Source: an uncultured bacterium (lineage in GTDB: Bacteria > Bacillota_I > Bacilli_A > RFN20 > CAG-826). From it: a DNA stretch of 64,000 nt. Made by a program: the position numbers and the translations under genes. Location: assembly GCA_949284685.1 (NCBI GenBank), contig CASDWE010000002.1, positions 596,106 to 660,105 on the forward strand, read 5' to 3'. This document shows positions 1 to 10,220 of the stretch, in pieces (the stretch's first letter is position 1; each line of letters opens with the position of its first letter). Under the pieces are notes generated by a model that was given only the letters and a program-made list of their open reading frames with translations, made no database searches and was not told the origin of the DNA.

Positions 1-1
1 C

Positions 2-574
2 AATATTAATTGTCTACATAATGAAAAAAAATTATTTACATTAGCAAGATTAGATCTTAAACAAAAAAGATTAGATGTACTTATTAAAGCTTTTGATTTA
101 GTTTATCAAATACATCCTGAATACGTATTAGAAATTTATGGACGCGCAAATACAGAAGATGAGTATAAAGAAATTTTAGATATTATAAATTCCACTAGTG
201 CAAAAAATAATATAAGAATATTAAACCCTATTAAAAACGTTCATGAGAAAGTTAAAAACTATCGTGGTTTTATCTTAACTAGTGATTATGAAGGAATGAG
301 CAATGCATTGCTAGAGTGTTTTAGTTTAGGAATACCATGCATAAGCAGCGACTGGGATGGCGTTGAAGATGTTTTGACAAATAATGTTGATTCATTGATA
401 TATCACAGACAAGATATAACTCAATTAAAAAACTGTATTATTAAAATTATTGAAAACGATGTGTTTTGTGATGAAATCACTGCAAATGCCAAACAAAATT
501 GCAAAAAATTTGATAAAAATACTGTTATGAGCAAATATTTTGAAATTATAACTAAGGAAAAAAACAATGGATAA
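2..574 (+). CDS. GT4-family (GT1-fold) glycosyltransferase, C-terminal part; the 5' end lies outside the window
   Basis: The frame is open from nt 2 and reads ...VLEIYGRANTEDEYKEIL...GFILTSDYEGMSNALLECFSLGIPCISSDWDG, the typical GT4 C-terminal domain. It ends at the TAA at 572-574. Confidence 0.6.
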   Translation, partial: NINCLHNEKKLFTLARLDLKQKRLDVLIKAFDLVYQIHPEYVLEIYGRANTEDEYKEILDIINSTSAKNNIRILNPIKNVHEKVKNYRGFILTSDYEGMSNALLECFSLGIPCISSDWDGVEDVLTNNVDSLIYHRQDITQLKNCIIKIIENDVFCDEITANAKQNCKKFDKNTVMSKYFEIITKEKNNG

Positions 575-1331
575 CAATAAAGTTTCTATAATAACTCCGC
601 TTTACAATTGCGAGAAATACATAACCGATACATTTAATAGTGTCATTAATCAAACTTATAAAAATTGGGAATGGATAATTGTTGATGATTGTTCGAGCGA
701 TAATTCATTAAATTTGATAAAAAAATTAGCGAAAAATTATGAAAATATTAAGATAATTTCTCTTAAAAAAAATTCTGGTCCTTGTGTTGCTAGGAACAAA
801 GGATTAGATATAGCGACAGGTGATTATGTTTGTTTTTTAGATAGCGATGACATGTTAGATGCGACAATGTTTGAAAAGCAAATAAAATTTATTTCACAAA
901 ATGATTATGATATTGTTTACTGCTCATTTAGAAGACTGACTGATAAATCATGTTCAGATTATATCGTTCCAAAAATAAGTACTTATAAATCTATTTTAAA
1001 AGGTAATCCATTTTTTATAGGAGCGGTTATTTATAGATTAAAAACATTTAGCAAAGAAAGATTTAGGGAAGATTTATATCGTTCTAACGATCGTGAAGAT
1101 TATGCTTTTTGGCTATCTTTATTAAAAAAAGGATACATAGCTTACGCTAATCAGGAAGTTTTGTGTACATATCGAATTGTTAAAAATTCACGTTCCTCTA
1201 ATAAATTTAAAATGATTATTCCACAATGGCGAATTTATTTTAAAATTGAAAAATTAGGATTTTTTAAAAGTATTTATTATTTATTTTGCTGGGTTGTTTA
1301 TGGTTTAAAAAAATATAAAAATGTAAAATGA
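567..1331 (+). CDS. GT2-family glycosyltransferase
   Basis: The N-terminus reads SIITPLYNCEKYI...SVINQTY, followed by the DXD motif (LDSDD). There is an AAGGA ribosome-binding site (RBS) upstream. It overlaps the upstream GT4 gene by 8 nt, which suggests one operon. Confidence 0.7.
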   Translation: MDNNKVSIITPLYNCEKYITDTFNSVINQTYKNWEWIIVDDCSSDNSLNLIKKLAKNYENIKIISLKKNSGPCVARNKGLDIATGDYVCFLDSDDMLDATMFEKQIKFISQNDYDIVYCSFRRLTDKSCSDYIVPKISTYKSILKGNPFFIGAVIYRLKTFSKERFREDLYRSNDREDYAFWLSLLKKGYIAYANQEVLCTYRIVKNSRSSNKFKMIIPQWRIYFKIEKLGFFKSIYYLFCWVVYGLKKYKNVK

Positions 1332-1337
1332 TTTGAT

Positions 1338-2003
1338 TCATTTTGCACCCTTATGATTTAACACAGCAGGTATAGTTAAAAATATAAGTTTTAAATCGAA
1401 AAACAAACTTCTTTTTCTTAAATAGGCAAGTTCCATTTCTTGTCTTTTTCTATTTTTGTATGTGACATCGCTTCTTCCATAAGCTTGCCAATATCCAGTA
1501 AGTCCAGGTTTAACACTTAATAATGCATTTTGTTCCTCTTTTGTATAATTTGCATCTAATTCATTTCTTGCAACAGGGCGAGGTCCCACAAATGACATAT
1601 TTCCAATAAATATGTTAAACAATTGAGGCAATTCATCTAATGAAGTTTTTCTTAAGATTTTACCGATTTTGGTTATTCTTTTATCATTATCAATTTTTCG
1701 TTCAATTTTCCATTTTTCGATTTCTTCTTTTGACATATATTTTTCAATATTTGCTTCAGCATCAACATACATTGTGCGGAATTTATATACATTAATTTCT
1801 TTATGATTTCTTCCAACTCTTTTGTCTTTAAAAATAACTTTTCCTGGAGAATTTATAGCAATTAAAATAACAATTATTAAAAATAGAAAAGATAAAATAA
1901 TTATTGATAAAGTTGAAAATAAAATATCAAAAAATCTTTTAAAAAAATCATAAGTTTTTGATTTTCTAATATAAATTAAGTCAGCGTCCATTTTCTTTCC
2001 CAT
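1338..2003 (-). CDS. Bacterial sugar transferase, an undecaprenyl-phosphate hexose-1-phosphate transferase of the WbaP/CpsE C-terminal-domain type
   Basis: It has an N-terminal transmembrane (TM) helix, then KRFFDI...INSPGKVIFKDKRVGRN...YKFRTM...DELPQLFNIFIGNMSFVGPRP, the hallmark of this family. Confidence 0.75.
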   Translation of the reverse strand: MGKKMDADLIYIRKSKTYDFFKRFFDILFSTLSIIILSFLFLIIVILIAINSPGKVIFKDKRVGRNHKEINVYKFRTMYVDAEANIEKYMSKEEIEKWKIERKIDNDKRITKIGKILRKTSLDELPQLFNIFIGNMSFVGPRPVARNELDANYTKEEQNALLSVKPGLTGYWQAYGRSDVTYKNRKRQEMELAYLRKRSLFFDLKLIFLTIPAVLNHKGAK

Positions 2004-2231
2004 TTACAACATTTTCAAATTATACACAAATAAGTTTTATTTGCAACCATGGGTTACATATATTTATAGACATGTTGATATATTTATAAATTTTAATATA
2101 ATATTATCTGATTGGGGAGTAGCGTGACATATTTGTCGTCAATACGATATATTAAATATATCCGGCCATATGTGATAATATAGCAAGACCAAGTTACACA
2201 TTAATGCTTAATTATAAAGGAGTATTTCTTC

Positions 2232-5150
2232 ATGAGAAAAAAAGAAAAATCAAATAGTAGTTCACCTACTCAAAATAATAAAAAGATTGCTTATGAATCT
2301 TTAACAATAGAACAAACAAAGCAAGCTCTTTCAACTGATATTGATAAAGGTTTAACAAATGAAGAAGCGAAAGCAAGATTAGAAAAATATGGTCCAAATA
2401 AATTACAAGAAAAAAAGAAAAAAAGTTGGATAAGAATATTTTTTGAACAAATGAACAATCCAATGATTTTTGTTCTTTTTGCTGCGATTGGTGTTTGTAT
2501 AGCGGTTTCAATTTATGAAACAATCAATACAATGAATATTATAAATACTGGAGGAGAGGCTGCATTCGATTGGTTAGTAAATCATGGTTTTATTCTAGAA
2601 GGCACCGACTTTGATTCAAATTTAATTGGTCCCGCGAGTAGTCAAATCAACTGGTTTTTAGATATCGGGGATTGGTCTGATGTTATTATCATTTTAGCGG
2701 TCGTTTTATTAAATTCTATAATTGGTACTGTTCAAGAAGTTAAAGCTCAAACATCCTTAGAAGCTTTAAAAAAGCTGTCGTCACCAGAATCCACTGTTAT
2801 TAGAGGCGGGAAAAGATTTAAAGTTAAATCGTCTGATTTAGTTATTGGTGATGTAGTTATTTTAGAAGAAGGAGACACTATTGGAGCGGATTTACGTCTT
2901 GTTGAAGCTGTTAATTTAAAAGCAAACGAATCATCATTAACTGGTGAATCTGTTCCTGTTGATAAAGATTGTCAAATAACTTTTTCTAACGAAGTAGCAC
3001 TTGGTGACAAATGCAATATGGCTTTTATGTCCACTCCTGTTAGTTATGGTCGTGGTCGCGGTATTGTATGTGCAACAGGCATGAATACTGAAATAGGTAA
3101 AATTGCTACAGCATTAGATGAGGAAGAAGATAGCCAAACTCCACTTCAAAAAATATTAGCCAAACTATCAAAGTTCCTTGGTTTATTGACATTAGTAGTA
3201 GTAATTTTAGTTTTAATAGCAGATATTATTTGGATATTCGTTGATGGAAACGGAAGTAATATTGAATCCTGGATTGAAGCTATTTTATCTTCTATTGCAT
3301 TAGCGGTTGCTGCAATACCTGAAGGATTAGCTGCTGTTGTCACAATTGTTTTATCTATAGGTGTTAGAAAGATGACGAAAGTTAACACTATTGTTAGAAA
3401 ACTTCCGTCTGTTGAAACATTAGGTGCTGTTAGTGTTGTTTGTAGTGACAAAACTGGAACTTTAACTCAAAATAAGATGACCGTTTTAAAAGCTTATACA
3501 AACAATTCTTTCTATGTAAGTGAAGACTTTAATAAAGAAAATAAAGAAGAACATTTATTATTGTTAGCAAAAGGCATGTCGCTATGTAGTAACGCCACTG
3601 TTGATGAAGGATTGTATGGTGATCCTACTGAAATCGCTCTAGTGGCTTTTGCTAATGAATTTAATATGCGCAAAAAAGATTTAGAAAAAGCATTGCCACG
3701 TGTCGATGAATTGCCTTTTGATTCAGTTAGAAAAATGATGTCTACCAAACATAAAAAAGATGATAAAAAACACATCATTTTTACCAAAGGTGCGTTAGAC
3801 TCTATTCTTTCAAATACCTCATTTATTCTAGAAAATGGAAAAGAAAGAAAAATAACAAAACAAGATATTGATAAAATTTATGAAGTGAATTCCATGTATT
3901 CTAATGAGGCATTACGTGTATTGGCATTGGCTTATTCAAATAAAGAAACAATCGAAGAAAAAGATTTAATTTTTGTTGGTTTAGTGGCAATGATTGACCC
4001 CGCTAGACCTGAAGCAAAACCTGCAGTAAGTAAATTTAAAGGTGCTGGCATTGTGACAGTTATGATTACTGGCGACCATAAAGATACCGCTTTTGCTATC
4101 GCCAAAGAATTAGGAATAGTGGAAACAATTGATCAATGTGTAATGGGTAAAGAAATAGATGCTTTAACTTTTGATGAATTATGTGAAATTTGTAAAAAAA
4201 CTAGGGTTTTTGCAAGAGTTTCGCCAGAAAATAAGGTCCAAATTGTTAAAGCTTTCCAAGCAAATGGCAACATTTGTGCGATGACAGGTGATGGTGTTAA
4301 TGACGCTCCTTCTTTAAAAGCAGCAGATATTGGCATTGCAATGGGCATTACTGGAACCGATGTTGCTAAAGGTGCTGCTGATATGGTTTTAACCGACGAT
4401 AATTTTGCTAGCATTGAAAAAGCAGTAGAAGAAGGTCGAGGGATTTATGCTAATATCAAGAAAACTGTTATTTTCTTACTTTCTTCAAACATTGCAGAAG
4501 TATTAGCAATGTTTTTTATCATATGTATTGGCTTTCCCGCTCCATTAATTGCCATTCATTTGCTTTGGGTTAATTTAATTACTGACTCAACACCAGCAAT
4601 TGCACTAGGTATGGATGGAAAAGATAGCAATATCATGAAAGAAAAACCACGAGATCCAAAAGAAACTTTCTTTGCTCATGGCGGCCTTATTATTACTTTG
4701 GTTTATGGTGCAATACTAACTATTGCCGTACTACTTGCTTACTTTAGTTGTGCTTGGACGCATGGTGTATATGATTTTAATGGCATTAAAAATTTATATT
4801 CTGATAATCCTACAATTTTGCACGAAGCCCAAACAATGGCTTTTACGACCTTGGCGGTTGGAGAATTATTCCATATGGTTGGAATGTCAAATATCAAACA
4901 AAGTTTTGTTAGAATTTTCGCTAAGAAAAATTATATGATGTTAATCGCTTTTGTCGTTGGCATTGCTTTACAATTATTTGTTATTGAAACTCCAGGAGTT
5001 CAAGATGTTTTTAGTACCGCTAATCTTGATTGGAAAGAATGGTTGATTACTTGTTCGCTTTCTGTTATTCCATTAGTGGCACATGAATTAATTGTCTTTG
5101 GTATGTGGATTAAAAACAAAATTAAAAACAAAAAATTAAAAACAAATTAA
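2232..5150 (+). CDS. P-type cation-transporting ATPase of type IIA (Ca2+-ATPase-like)
   Basis: The phosphorylation motif CSDKTGTLTQN, MITGDHKDTA and the hinge GDGVNDAPSLKAADIGIAMG are all present, with multiple TM segments. An AAAGGAG RBS sits 8 nt upstream. Length is 972 aa. Confidence 0.85.
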   Translation: MRKKEKSNSSSPTQNNKKIAYESLTIEQTKQALSTDIDKGLTNEEAKARLEKYGPNKLQEKKKKSWIRIFFEQMNNPMIFVLFAAIGVCIAVSIYETINTMNIINTGGEAAFDWLVNHGFILEGTDFDSNLIGPASSQINWFLDIGDWSDVIIILAVVLLNSIIGTVQEVKAQTSLEALKKLSSPESTVIRGGKRFKVKSSDLVIGDVVILEEGDTIGADLRLVEAVNLKANESSLTGESVPVDKDCQITFSNEVALGDKCNMAFMSTPVSYGRGRGIVCATGMNTEIGKIATALDEEEDSQTPLQKILAKLSKFLGLLTLVVVILVLIADIIWIFVDGNGSNIESWIEAILSSIALAVAAIPEGLAAVVTIVLSIGVRKMTKVNTIVRKLPSVETLGAVSVVCSDKTGTLTQNKMTVLKAYTNNSFYVSEDFNKENKEEHLLLLAKGMSLCSNATVDEGLYGDPTEIALVAFANEFNMRKKDLEKALPRVDELPFDSVRKMMSTKHKKDDKKHIIFTKGALDSILSNTSFILENGKERKITKQDIDKIYEVNSMYSNEALRVLALAYSNKETIEEKDLIFVGLVAMIDPARPEAKPAVSKFKGAGIVTVMITGDHKDTAFAIAKELGIVETIDQCVMGKEIDALTFDELCEICKKTRVFARVSPENKVQIVKAFQANGNICAMTGDGVNDAPSLKAADIGIAMGITGTDVAKGAADMVLTDDNFASIEKAVEEGRGIYANIKKTVIFLLSSNIAEVLAMFFIICIGFPAPLIAIHLLWVNLITDSTPAIALGMDGKDSNIMKEKPRDPKETFFAHGGLIITLVYGAILTIAVLLAYFSCAWTHGVYDFNGIKNLYSDNPTILHEAQTMAFTTLAVGELFHMVGMSNIKQSFVRIFAKKNYMMLIAFVVGIALQLFVIETPGVQDVFSTANLDWKEWLITCSLSVIPLVAHELIVFGMWIKNKIKNKKLKTN

Positions 5151-5253
5151 CTAATATTGGTCAATAATTTGAAATTTGGTTCTAATTGATTACAAATTAT
5201 TCTTGCAATAAATACGTATTTAAATATAATATTATTTGCTGCGCTGCTAGAAC

Positions 5254-5330
5254 GCCGACTTAGCTCAATCTGGCAGAGCAACTGAATCGTAATCAGTAGG
5301 TTGTAGGTTCAATTCCTATAGTCGGCACCA
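5254..5330 (+). tRNA. tRNA-Thr, anticodon CGU as read by eye
   Basis: The acceptor stem gccgact/agtcggc pairs perfectly. D-loop agctcaatctggcagagc and T-loop gttcaattcc are present, and CCA is encoded. The anticodon loop reads aTCGTaa. Confidence 0.7.
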
Positions 5331-5348
5331 AAATTATTGACCAGCTAT

Positions 5349-5424
5349 GGATGTTTAGCTCAGCTGGGAGAGCACCTGTTTGACGTACAGGAGGTCGAGG
5401 GTTCGATCCCCCCAGCATCCACCA
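5349..5424 (+). tRNA. tRNA-Val, anticodon GAC
   Basis: The acceptor stem ggatgtt/agcatcc has one G-U pair. D-arm tagctcagctgggagagc, anticodon stem-loop cctgt-ttGACgt-acagg and T-loop ttcgatc are present, with an encoded CCA. Confidence 0.7.
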
Positions 5425-5464
5425 AATTATAAAAATACCGGTGTTCCGGTTTTTTTATACAAAC

Positions 5465-5535
5465 GCACCTGTAGTTCAATGGTAGAACGTTAGCTTCCCA
5501 AGCTGAATACGCGAGTTCGATTCTCGTCAGGTGCT
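5465..5535 (+). tRNA. tRNA-Gly. The anticodon was read as CCC, but UCC is not excluded
   Basis: The acceptor stem gcacctg/caggtgc pairs perfectly. D-arm gttcaatggtagaac resembles Gly tRNAs. The anticodon loop is ttCCCaa and the T-loop is ttcgatt. Confidence 0.6.
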
Positions 5536-5633
5536 CCGTCAAAATCTAAACATAAAGTTTTAGATAATTCCAAAATCATAAACTTTTTACTTTTTATGAA
5601 TTCAATTAAAATATTTTTGGAGGATACAATTAT

Positions 5634-6782
5634 ATGGTCAATAGAATAATTTTAAATGAAACAAGCTATCATGGTCGTGGTGCAATTTTAGAAATCGCTA
5701 ATGAAGCAAAGGCAAGAGGATTTAAAAAAGCGTTTCTTTGCTCGGATCCTGATTTATTAAAATTTCACGTCACGGATAAAGTTATTGATGTTTTAAAAAA
5801 CAATAATTTAGATTATGAAATTTATTCTGATATTAAAGCTAACCCAACAATTGAAAACGTTTTACATGGTGTCGAAACATTTCAAAAAAGTGGGGCTGAC
5901 TATATCATCGCTGTTGGTGGTGGATCTAGTATAGATACTGCAAAAGCGATAGGCATTATTGTTACAAATCCTGAATTTAAAGATGTTCGTTCTTTAGAAG
6001 GCGTAGCATCAACTAAACATCCTTGCATTCCTATTTTAGCTGTTCCTACTACAGCAGGAACCGCGGCGGAGGTAACTATTAACTATGTAATTACCGATGC
6101 ACAAAAGAAAAGAAAATTTGTTTGCGTGGATGTACATGATATTCCTATTGTAGCAATTATTGATCCTGAAATGATGGAAACAATGCCTAAAGGCTTGACT
6201 GCTGCGACCGGGATGGATGCATTAACACATGCAATCGAAGGTTATATAACAAACGCTGCCTGGGAAATGACTAATATGTTTCATCTAGAAGCTATTAGAT
6301 TGATTTCTAAACATTTAAGAGATGCTGTTTCTAACACAAAAGAAGGCAGAGATGGTATGGCTCTTGCTCAATACATTGCTGGAATGGGATTTTCTAATGT
6401 TGGATTAGGTATTGTCCATTCTATGGCGCATGCATTAGGTGCAGTATATGACACCCCGCACGGTGTTGCAAACGCTATTTTATTGCCAACAGTTATGGCT
6501 TTTAATGCTCCATGTACTGGTGAAAAATATCGTGAAATTGCGCGTGCAATGGGCGTGAAAGATGTCGATAAAATGAACCAAGAAGAATATAGAAATGCCG
6601 CTGTCTTAGCAGTTAGACAATTGGCACACGATGTTGGCATTCCAAGTGATTTAAAAAACATTGTTAAAGAAGAAGATTTAGATTTTTTATCTAATTCAGC
6701 TTATAACGATGCTTGTGCTCCTGGGAATCCACGCAAAGCATCTGTAGAAGAAATTAAAAATTTGTATAAATCATTAATGTAA
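5634..6782 (+). CDS. Iron-containing (group III) alcohol dehydrogenase, 1,2-propanediol oxidoreductase-like
   Basis: The nucleotide-binding motif GGGSSIDTAKAIG is present, with metal-binding His residues in HAIEGY and HSMAHALG. There is a GGAGG RBS. Confidence 0.8.
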   Translation: MVNRIILNETSYHGRGAILEIANEAKARGFKKAFLCSDPDLLKFHVTDKVIDVLKNNNLDYEIYSDIKANPTIENVLHGVETFQKSGADYIIAVGGGSSIDTAKAIGIIVTNPEFKDVRSLEGVASTKHPCIPILAVPTTAGTAAEVTINYVITDAQKKRKFVCVDVHDIPIVAIIDPEMMETMPKGLTAATGMDALTHAIEGYITNAAWEMTNMFHLEAIRLISKHLRDAVSNTKEGRDGMALAQYIAGMGFSNVGLGIVHSMAHALGAVYDTPHGVANAILLPTVMAFNAPCTGEKYREIARAMGVKDVDKMNQEEYRNAAVLAVRQLAHDVGIPSDLKNIVKEEDLDFLSNSAYNDACAPGNPRKASVEEIKNLYKSLM

Positions 6783-6816
6783 AATATTTATATTTTTTCT
6801 TTTTAAAATATAGTAT

Positions 6817-6859
6817 GCGGTGATTAATTATTATAAATAATTAACTCATCGCTTTTTTA
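6817..6859 (+). terminator. Rho-independent terminator
   Basis: The stem gcggtga...tcatcgc encloses an AT-rich, partly self-complementary loop and is followed by TTTTTT. It lies downstream of the alcohol dehydrogenase gene. Confidence 0.45.
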
Positions 6860-6946
6860 AATTAATTTATAATTTGTCTATATTTTTCATTTTCAATATT
6901 TTATAATGTTTTGTCAAATAAAGATTTTAAAAGGAGGATTTTTACA

Positions 6947-9900
6947 ATGTCTAAGAAGAAATTTTTGATTTTTTTGCCATTGGTAACATTAGCAATTACT
7001 GGTTGCAATGGCGATTCTTCTTCTAGTATTTTTTCATCTAGTGGTGGTGGAAGTTCAACAACTTCACAAACAACATCAACCACTACATCAACGTCGACTT
7101 CTACGTCAACATCTACATCGACTTCAACATCAACCACTACTGGTGGAGGTGGTACAACTTCAGAAATTACCCCAGAAGAATTATGGAATGCAGCATTAAA
7201 TCAAGACTACACTAATTCGACGACCTATACCATGGCGTCATCTAGTTCTGGTGATGGATATCCTGCTTATATCTATAATTATAATGGCTATAACATTGTT
7301 CACGATTATACCTATAATTACATGTATGGGGAAACTATTTACAATTATTATCATGATTATGAAGGTGTATCTCATCTATACTTTGAAGATGAAGGTAATG
7401 GTGATGCTTGGTTAAGTCTAGGTTATCATGATGCTCCTCTTGGAATTGAAAATAATTACTTTGATATTATGTATTTCCAAGAAGTGTTAAAAGAACTCGA
7501 TTATAGTAATGTCGAACCAGCATATATTGGTGGTTATTACATTACAGACACCGCAATTATGGAAGAACTTAATTATTCCATATTCATGTTTGAAGACCGC
7601 TACATTGAATATTGTTTTATTTCAATTGATGAAACTACTCAATTATTTGATTCCGTCATTGGATTTGTAAATTATGATGATGATCAAAATTATGTTGAAG
7701 CATCCTTTAGTGATATTGGTACGACAACATTTACTTATGCTACATTACCTCCAGAACCAAATGAAGAGAATGTTAGAACATACGCTGATTATAAAGGCGA
7801 AGATCCATGGGTTGAAACTCATGTTACATCTTTAACTTTATCAACTTTAGAACCTAATGCTTCTTTAACTCTTGATTTAGATGAAACATTGTTATTAAAA
7901 GTTGATTTTGCTCCAACAGACGCTAATACAATGTTATTGACTCCTCATTCAGATGATGAAAATGTTGTACTAATTGATTATGCAACTGAAACACGAACTT
8001 ATGAAGTTTATGGTTTGCACGAAGGAACAACAACTGTTTACATCGAAGATGAGGTAAGTGGTGTAATTTCTAATAAATTAACAATTACAGTTAATGGTGT
8101 TGCGCAACCTACTCGTGAAGATGTCGTTAATGATATCACATTTAAGTATATTTCGTTAACAGATGGAAGTATTGAATATACCGACAATGTTGTTGGTGCT
8201 GCACCTGTTGAATTTACACTTGATGATGGTGGAAATACCGATATTCGTGCTCATACAAATAATTCTGCATTAGAATTAGTTAGACCAAATGAAAGCGCAA
8301 TTTTATATTTTGAACCTGGTCAAGGTGGTGCAAATAATCCAGAAGCACATCTTGATATTGATATGTTAACAAATAGTGTTGATGGATTATCTTTCTACTA
8401 TGGATTAGAATTTGAAGATCATTATGCAAATATTAACTATCTCAGTGCTAAAGTTTATACTTCTACTGATGGAAGTGAATATACGTTAGCAGAAGATTTT
8501 ACTGATGAATATAAAGAAAATGTTTCACCATATAACATGTCTTTATACGAACTTAATTTCGACTCTTTAACTAGATATATTCGTATTGAATTTGATGTTA
8601 ATTTCATTGGCAAAAATGTTTGGACAGTTATTCAAGGTTTAAGACTTTATAAAACACCTTCAACTGATGTTTTAATGGAATCCGTTGAATTTAACGAATT
8701 TAATCAAACAATTTATGTCGATGATACTTTCCAAACTCCAATTACAGTTTTACCTGCTGACACAACTGATAAGAGCGTAACATTTACAAGTTCTGATGAA
8801 ACAGTTGTTCAAGTAGTGGATGCTGCTAATGGACAATTTAAAGCTTTAAAAGCTGGCACATCTATTTTGACTGTTAGTGCTAATCAAAATAAAGAATTAA
8901 CAGACACTCTATCTATCACAGTTAATGAGAAAATACCTGATGTTACATCTATTGAAATTACTAGTGAAAATGCATCTATGGAATGTGATCAAACTAGTGA
9001 TTTAACTGTTAATGTCGTGGCTAGACAACCTGATTTAACAGGATATTCGTTATCATTGAATGATAATACATTAGGTAGTATTGTATATGATGATTACAAC
9101 AATCCAAGTTTTCAAGCTAGAAAACCTGGGACAGTTGTAATTACTGCAACTAGCACAATTGATTCAACAAAATCCGACACCGTTTCTATTGAGATTACTC
9201 CAGTAATGGTTGATAACAATTCTTATGATAGTGCTACTTATGATTTAGAATCACCAGATGATTATTCTAAAGACTGGAATTATGAAGAAGTTACTGTTGC
9301 AAGTGCAAGATTAGTCAAAGCAAGCGATGATACTTTAGAAATGTTTGTTTCGGTCAATAATCAAGCAGAAGTTTCTTTCTATGCTTATTCATATTCATTT
9401 GGCGAACCAGTATATTTTAGAAGTTATGATGAAGATTTAGCTTTAGATGTTGAAGTTGAAACTTCATATGGTTCTATTTCCATTATGTCAGTGGATTATT
9501 CATGGGGACTATATATTATTCAAAGTGTTCCTGCTGAAGGTGTTGAGATTTTAGGCTTAGAGGAAGGATACACAGTTGGTGATACTATTGAACTTAGTGT
9601 TTCATTACTTCCTGATTACACTACTGATGCAATAACATCCGTTCAATGGACGATTAATGAAACTACTGTTGTCACAACAGAAGATACTCTTGATCATGAA
9701 ACATTAACATTAACTGCCAAAGAAGCAGGTAGTTGTACAGTTTCTGTTTTGGTTAATGGAGAATTCAATGCTGAAGCGACTATTAATGTTGTCGAAGCAG
9801 TTGAACCGGTCAGTATTCCTAGTGAATTTTATGGTACTTATACAGATGTTGATTGTATGATTGAATTAACTGTTGATTCTGATGGAATATATGTCATGGA

Positions 9901-10099
9901 ATATTCTCTTAGTATTTTTTCTCAATTTAGCGTAACATCATATGATGCTGAAACAAATACCGCTACTTTGGATGAACCTGAAGGAAATTATAATCTTAAA
10001 GTAGTGTTCTATGATACTGATGGCACAATTACTCTTGATATCACAATTTATAATTGGAGTGGCAGTGTTGAAGCAGAATACACTGGTTGTACACAATAA
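6947..10099 (+). CDS. Large surface lipoprotein with a Ser/Thr-rich linker and Tyr/Asp-rich beta-type repeats, possibly with Ig-like domains (1050 aa from the ATG)
   Basis: An AAAGGAGG RBS lies 10 nt upstream of the ATG at 6947. The track's 6911 start is a TTG upstream of that RBS. It has a signal peptide with lipobox LAITGC, a (ST)n linker, and YxYNY-rich repeats. Confidence 0.6.
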   Translation: MSKKKFLIFLPLVTLAITGCNGDSSSSIFSSSGGGSSTTSQTTSTTTSTSTSTSTSTSTSTSTTTGGGGTTSEITPEELWNAALNQDYTNSTTYTMASSSSGDGYPAYIYNYNGYNIVHDYTYNYMYGETIYNYYHDYEGVSHLYFEDEGNGDAWLSLGYHDAPLGIENNYFDIMYFQEVLKELDYSNVEPAYIGGYYITDTAIMEELNYSIFMFEDRYIEYCFISIDETTQLFDSVIGFVNYDDDQNYVEASFSDIGTTTFTYATLPPEPNEENVRTYADYKGEDPWVETHVTSLTLSTLEPNASLTLDLDETLLLKVDFAPTDANTMLLTPHSDDENVVLIDYATETRTYEVYGLHEGTTTVYIEDEVSGVISNKLTITVNGVAQPTREDVVNDITFKYISLTDGSIEYTDNVVGAAPVEFTLDDGGNTDIRAHTNNSALELVRPNESAILYFEPGQGGANNPEAHLDIDMLTNSVDGLSFYYGLEFEDHYANINYLSAKVYTSTDGSEYTLAEDFTDEYKENVSPYNMSLYELNFDSLTRYIRIEFDVNFIGKNVWTVIQGLRLYKTPSTDVLMESVEFNEFNQTIYVDDTFQTPITVLPADTTDKSVTFTSSDETVVQVVDAANGQFKALKAGTSILTVSANQNKELTDTLSITVNEKIPDVTSIEITSENASMECDQTSDLTVNVVARQPDLTGYSLSLNDNTLGSIVYDDYNNPSFQARKPGTVVITATSTIDSTKSDTVSIEITPVMVDNNSYDSATYDLESPDDYSKDWNYEEVTVASARLVKASDDTLEMFVSVNNQAEVSFYAYSYSFGEPVYFRSYDEDLALDVEVETSYGSISIMSVDYSWGLYIIQSVPAEGVEILGLEEGYTVGDTIELSVSLLPDYTTDAITSVQWTINETTVVTTEDTLDHETLTLTAKEAGSCTVSVLVNGEFNAEATINVVEAVEPVSIPSEFYGTYTDVDCMIELTVDSDGIYVMEYSLSIFSQFSVTSYDAETNTATLDEPEGNYNLKVVFYDTDGTITLDITIYNWSGSVEAEYTGCTQ
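7058..7143 (+). repeat. Coding low-complexity (ACN)n codon repeat encoding T/S-rich TSTSTSTSTSTS
   Basis: acaacatcaaccactacatcaacgtcgacttctacgtcaacatctacatcgacttcaacatca is visible in the sequence. It creates spurious antisense ORFs (6901-7137, 7008-7199). Confidence 0.6.
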
Positions 10100-10134
10100 T
10101 TAAAAGTAATTATCGTTACGAATCATCAATTAAA

Positions 10135-10160
10135 AGCGGTGACATATCATCGCTTTTTTA
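10135..10160 (+). terminator. Rho-independent terminator
   Basis: agcggtga-cata-tcatcgct is followed by TTTTTT. The stem sequence is the same as the terminator at 6817. Confidence 0.5.
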
Positions 10161-10220
10161 GTTTTACTATATTGACAAATTAAAACAGTTAATACAGAAT
10201 AAATATAAGGAATTTAATCT

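Noticed and set aside
2266-4938. Several 60-100-aa ORFs inside and antisense to the P-type ATPase gene
   Set aside because: They are embedded in a 972-aa gene with intact motifs and have no independent support.
5360-5542. 60-aa minus-strand ORF
   Set aside because: It lies entirely over the tRNA-Val/tRNA-Gly genes and is spurious.
7058-7143. Short tandem repeat that could be mistaken for a CRISPR-like or VNTR array
   Set aside because: It is a 6-nt codon-level repeat within a coding sequence. It has no spacers and no cas genes. No CRISPR array was seen anywhere in the window.
6901-7199. Antisense and alternate-frame ORFs (VDVEVDVDV..., QQLHKQHQPLHQRR...) over the Ser/Thr codon repeat
   Set aside because: They are artefacts of the (ACN)n low-complexity repeat inside the lipoprotein gene. 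They have no RBS and their composition is repeat-driven.
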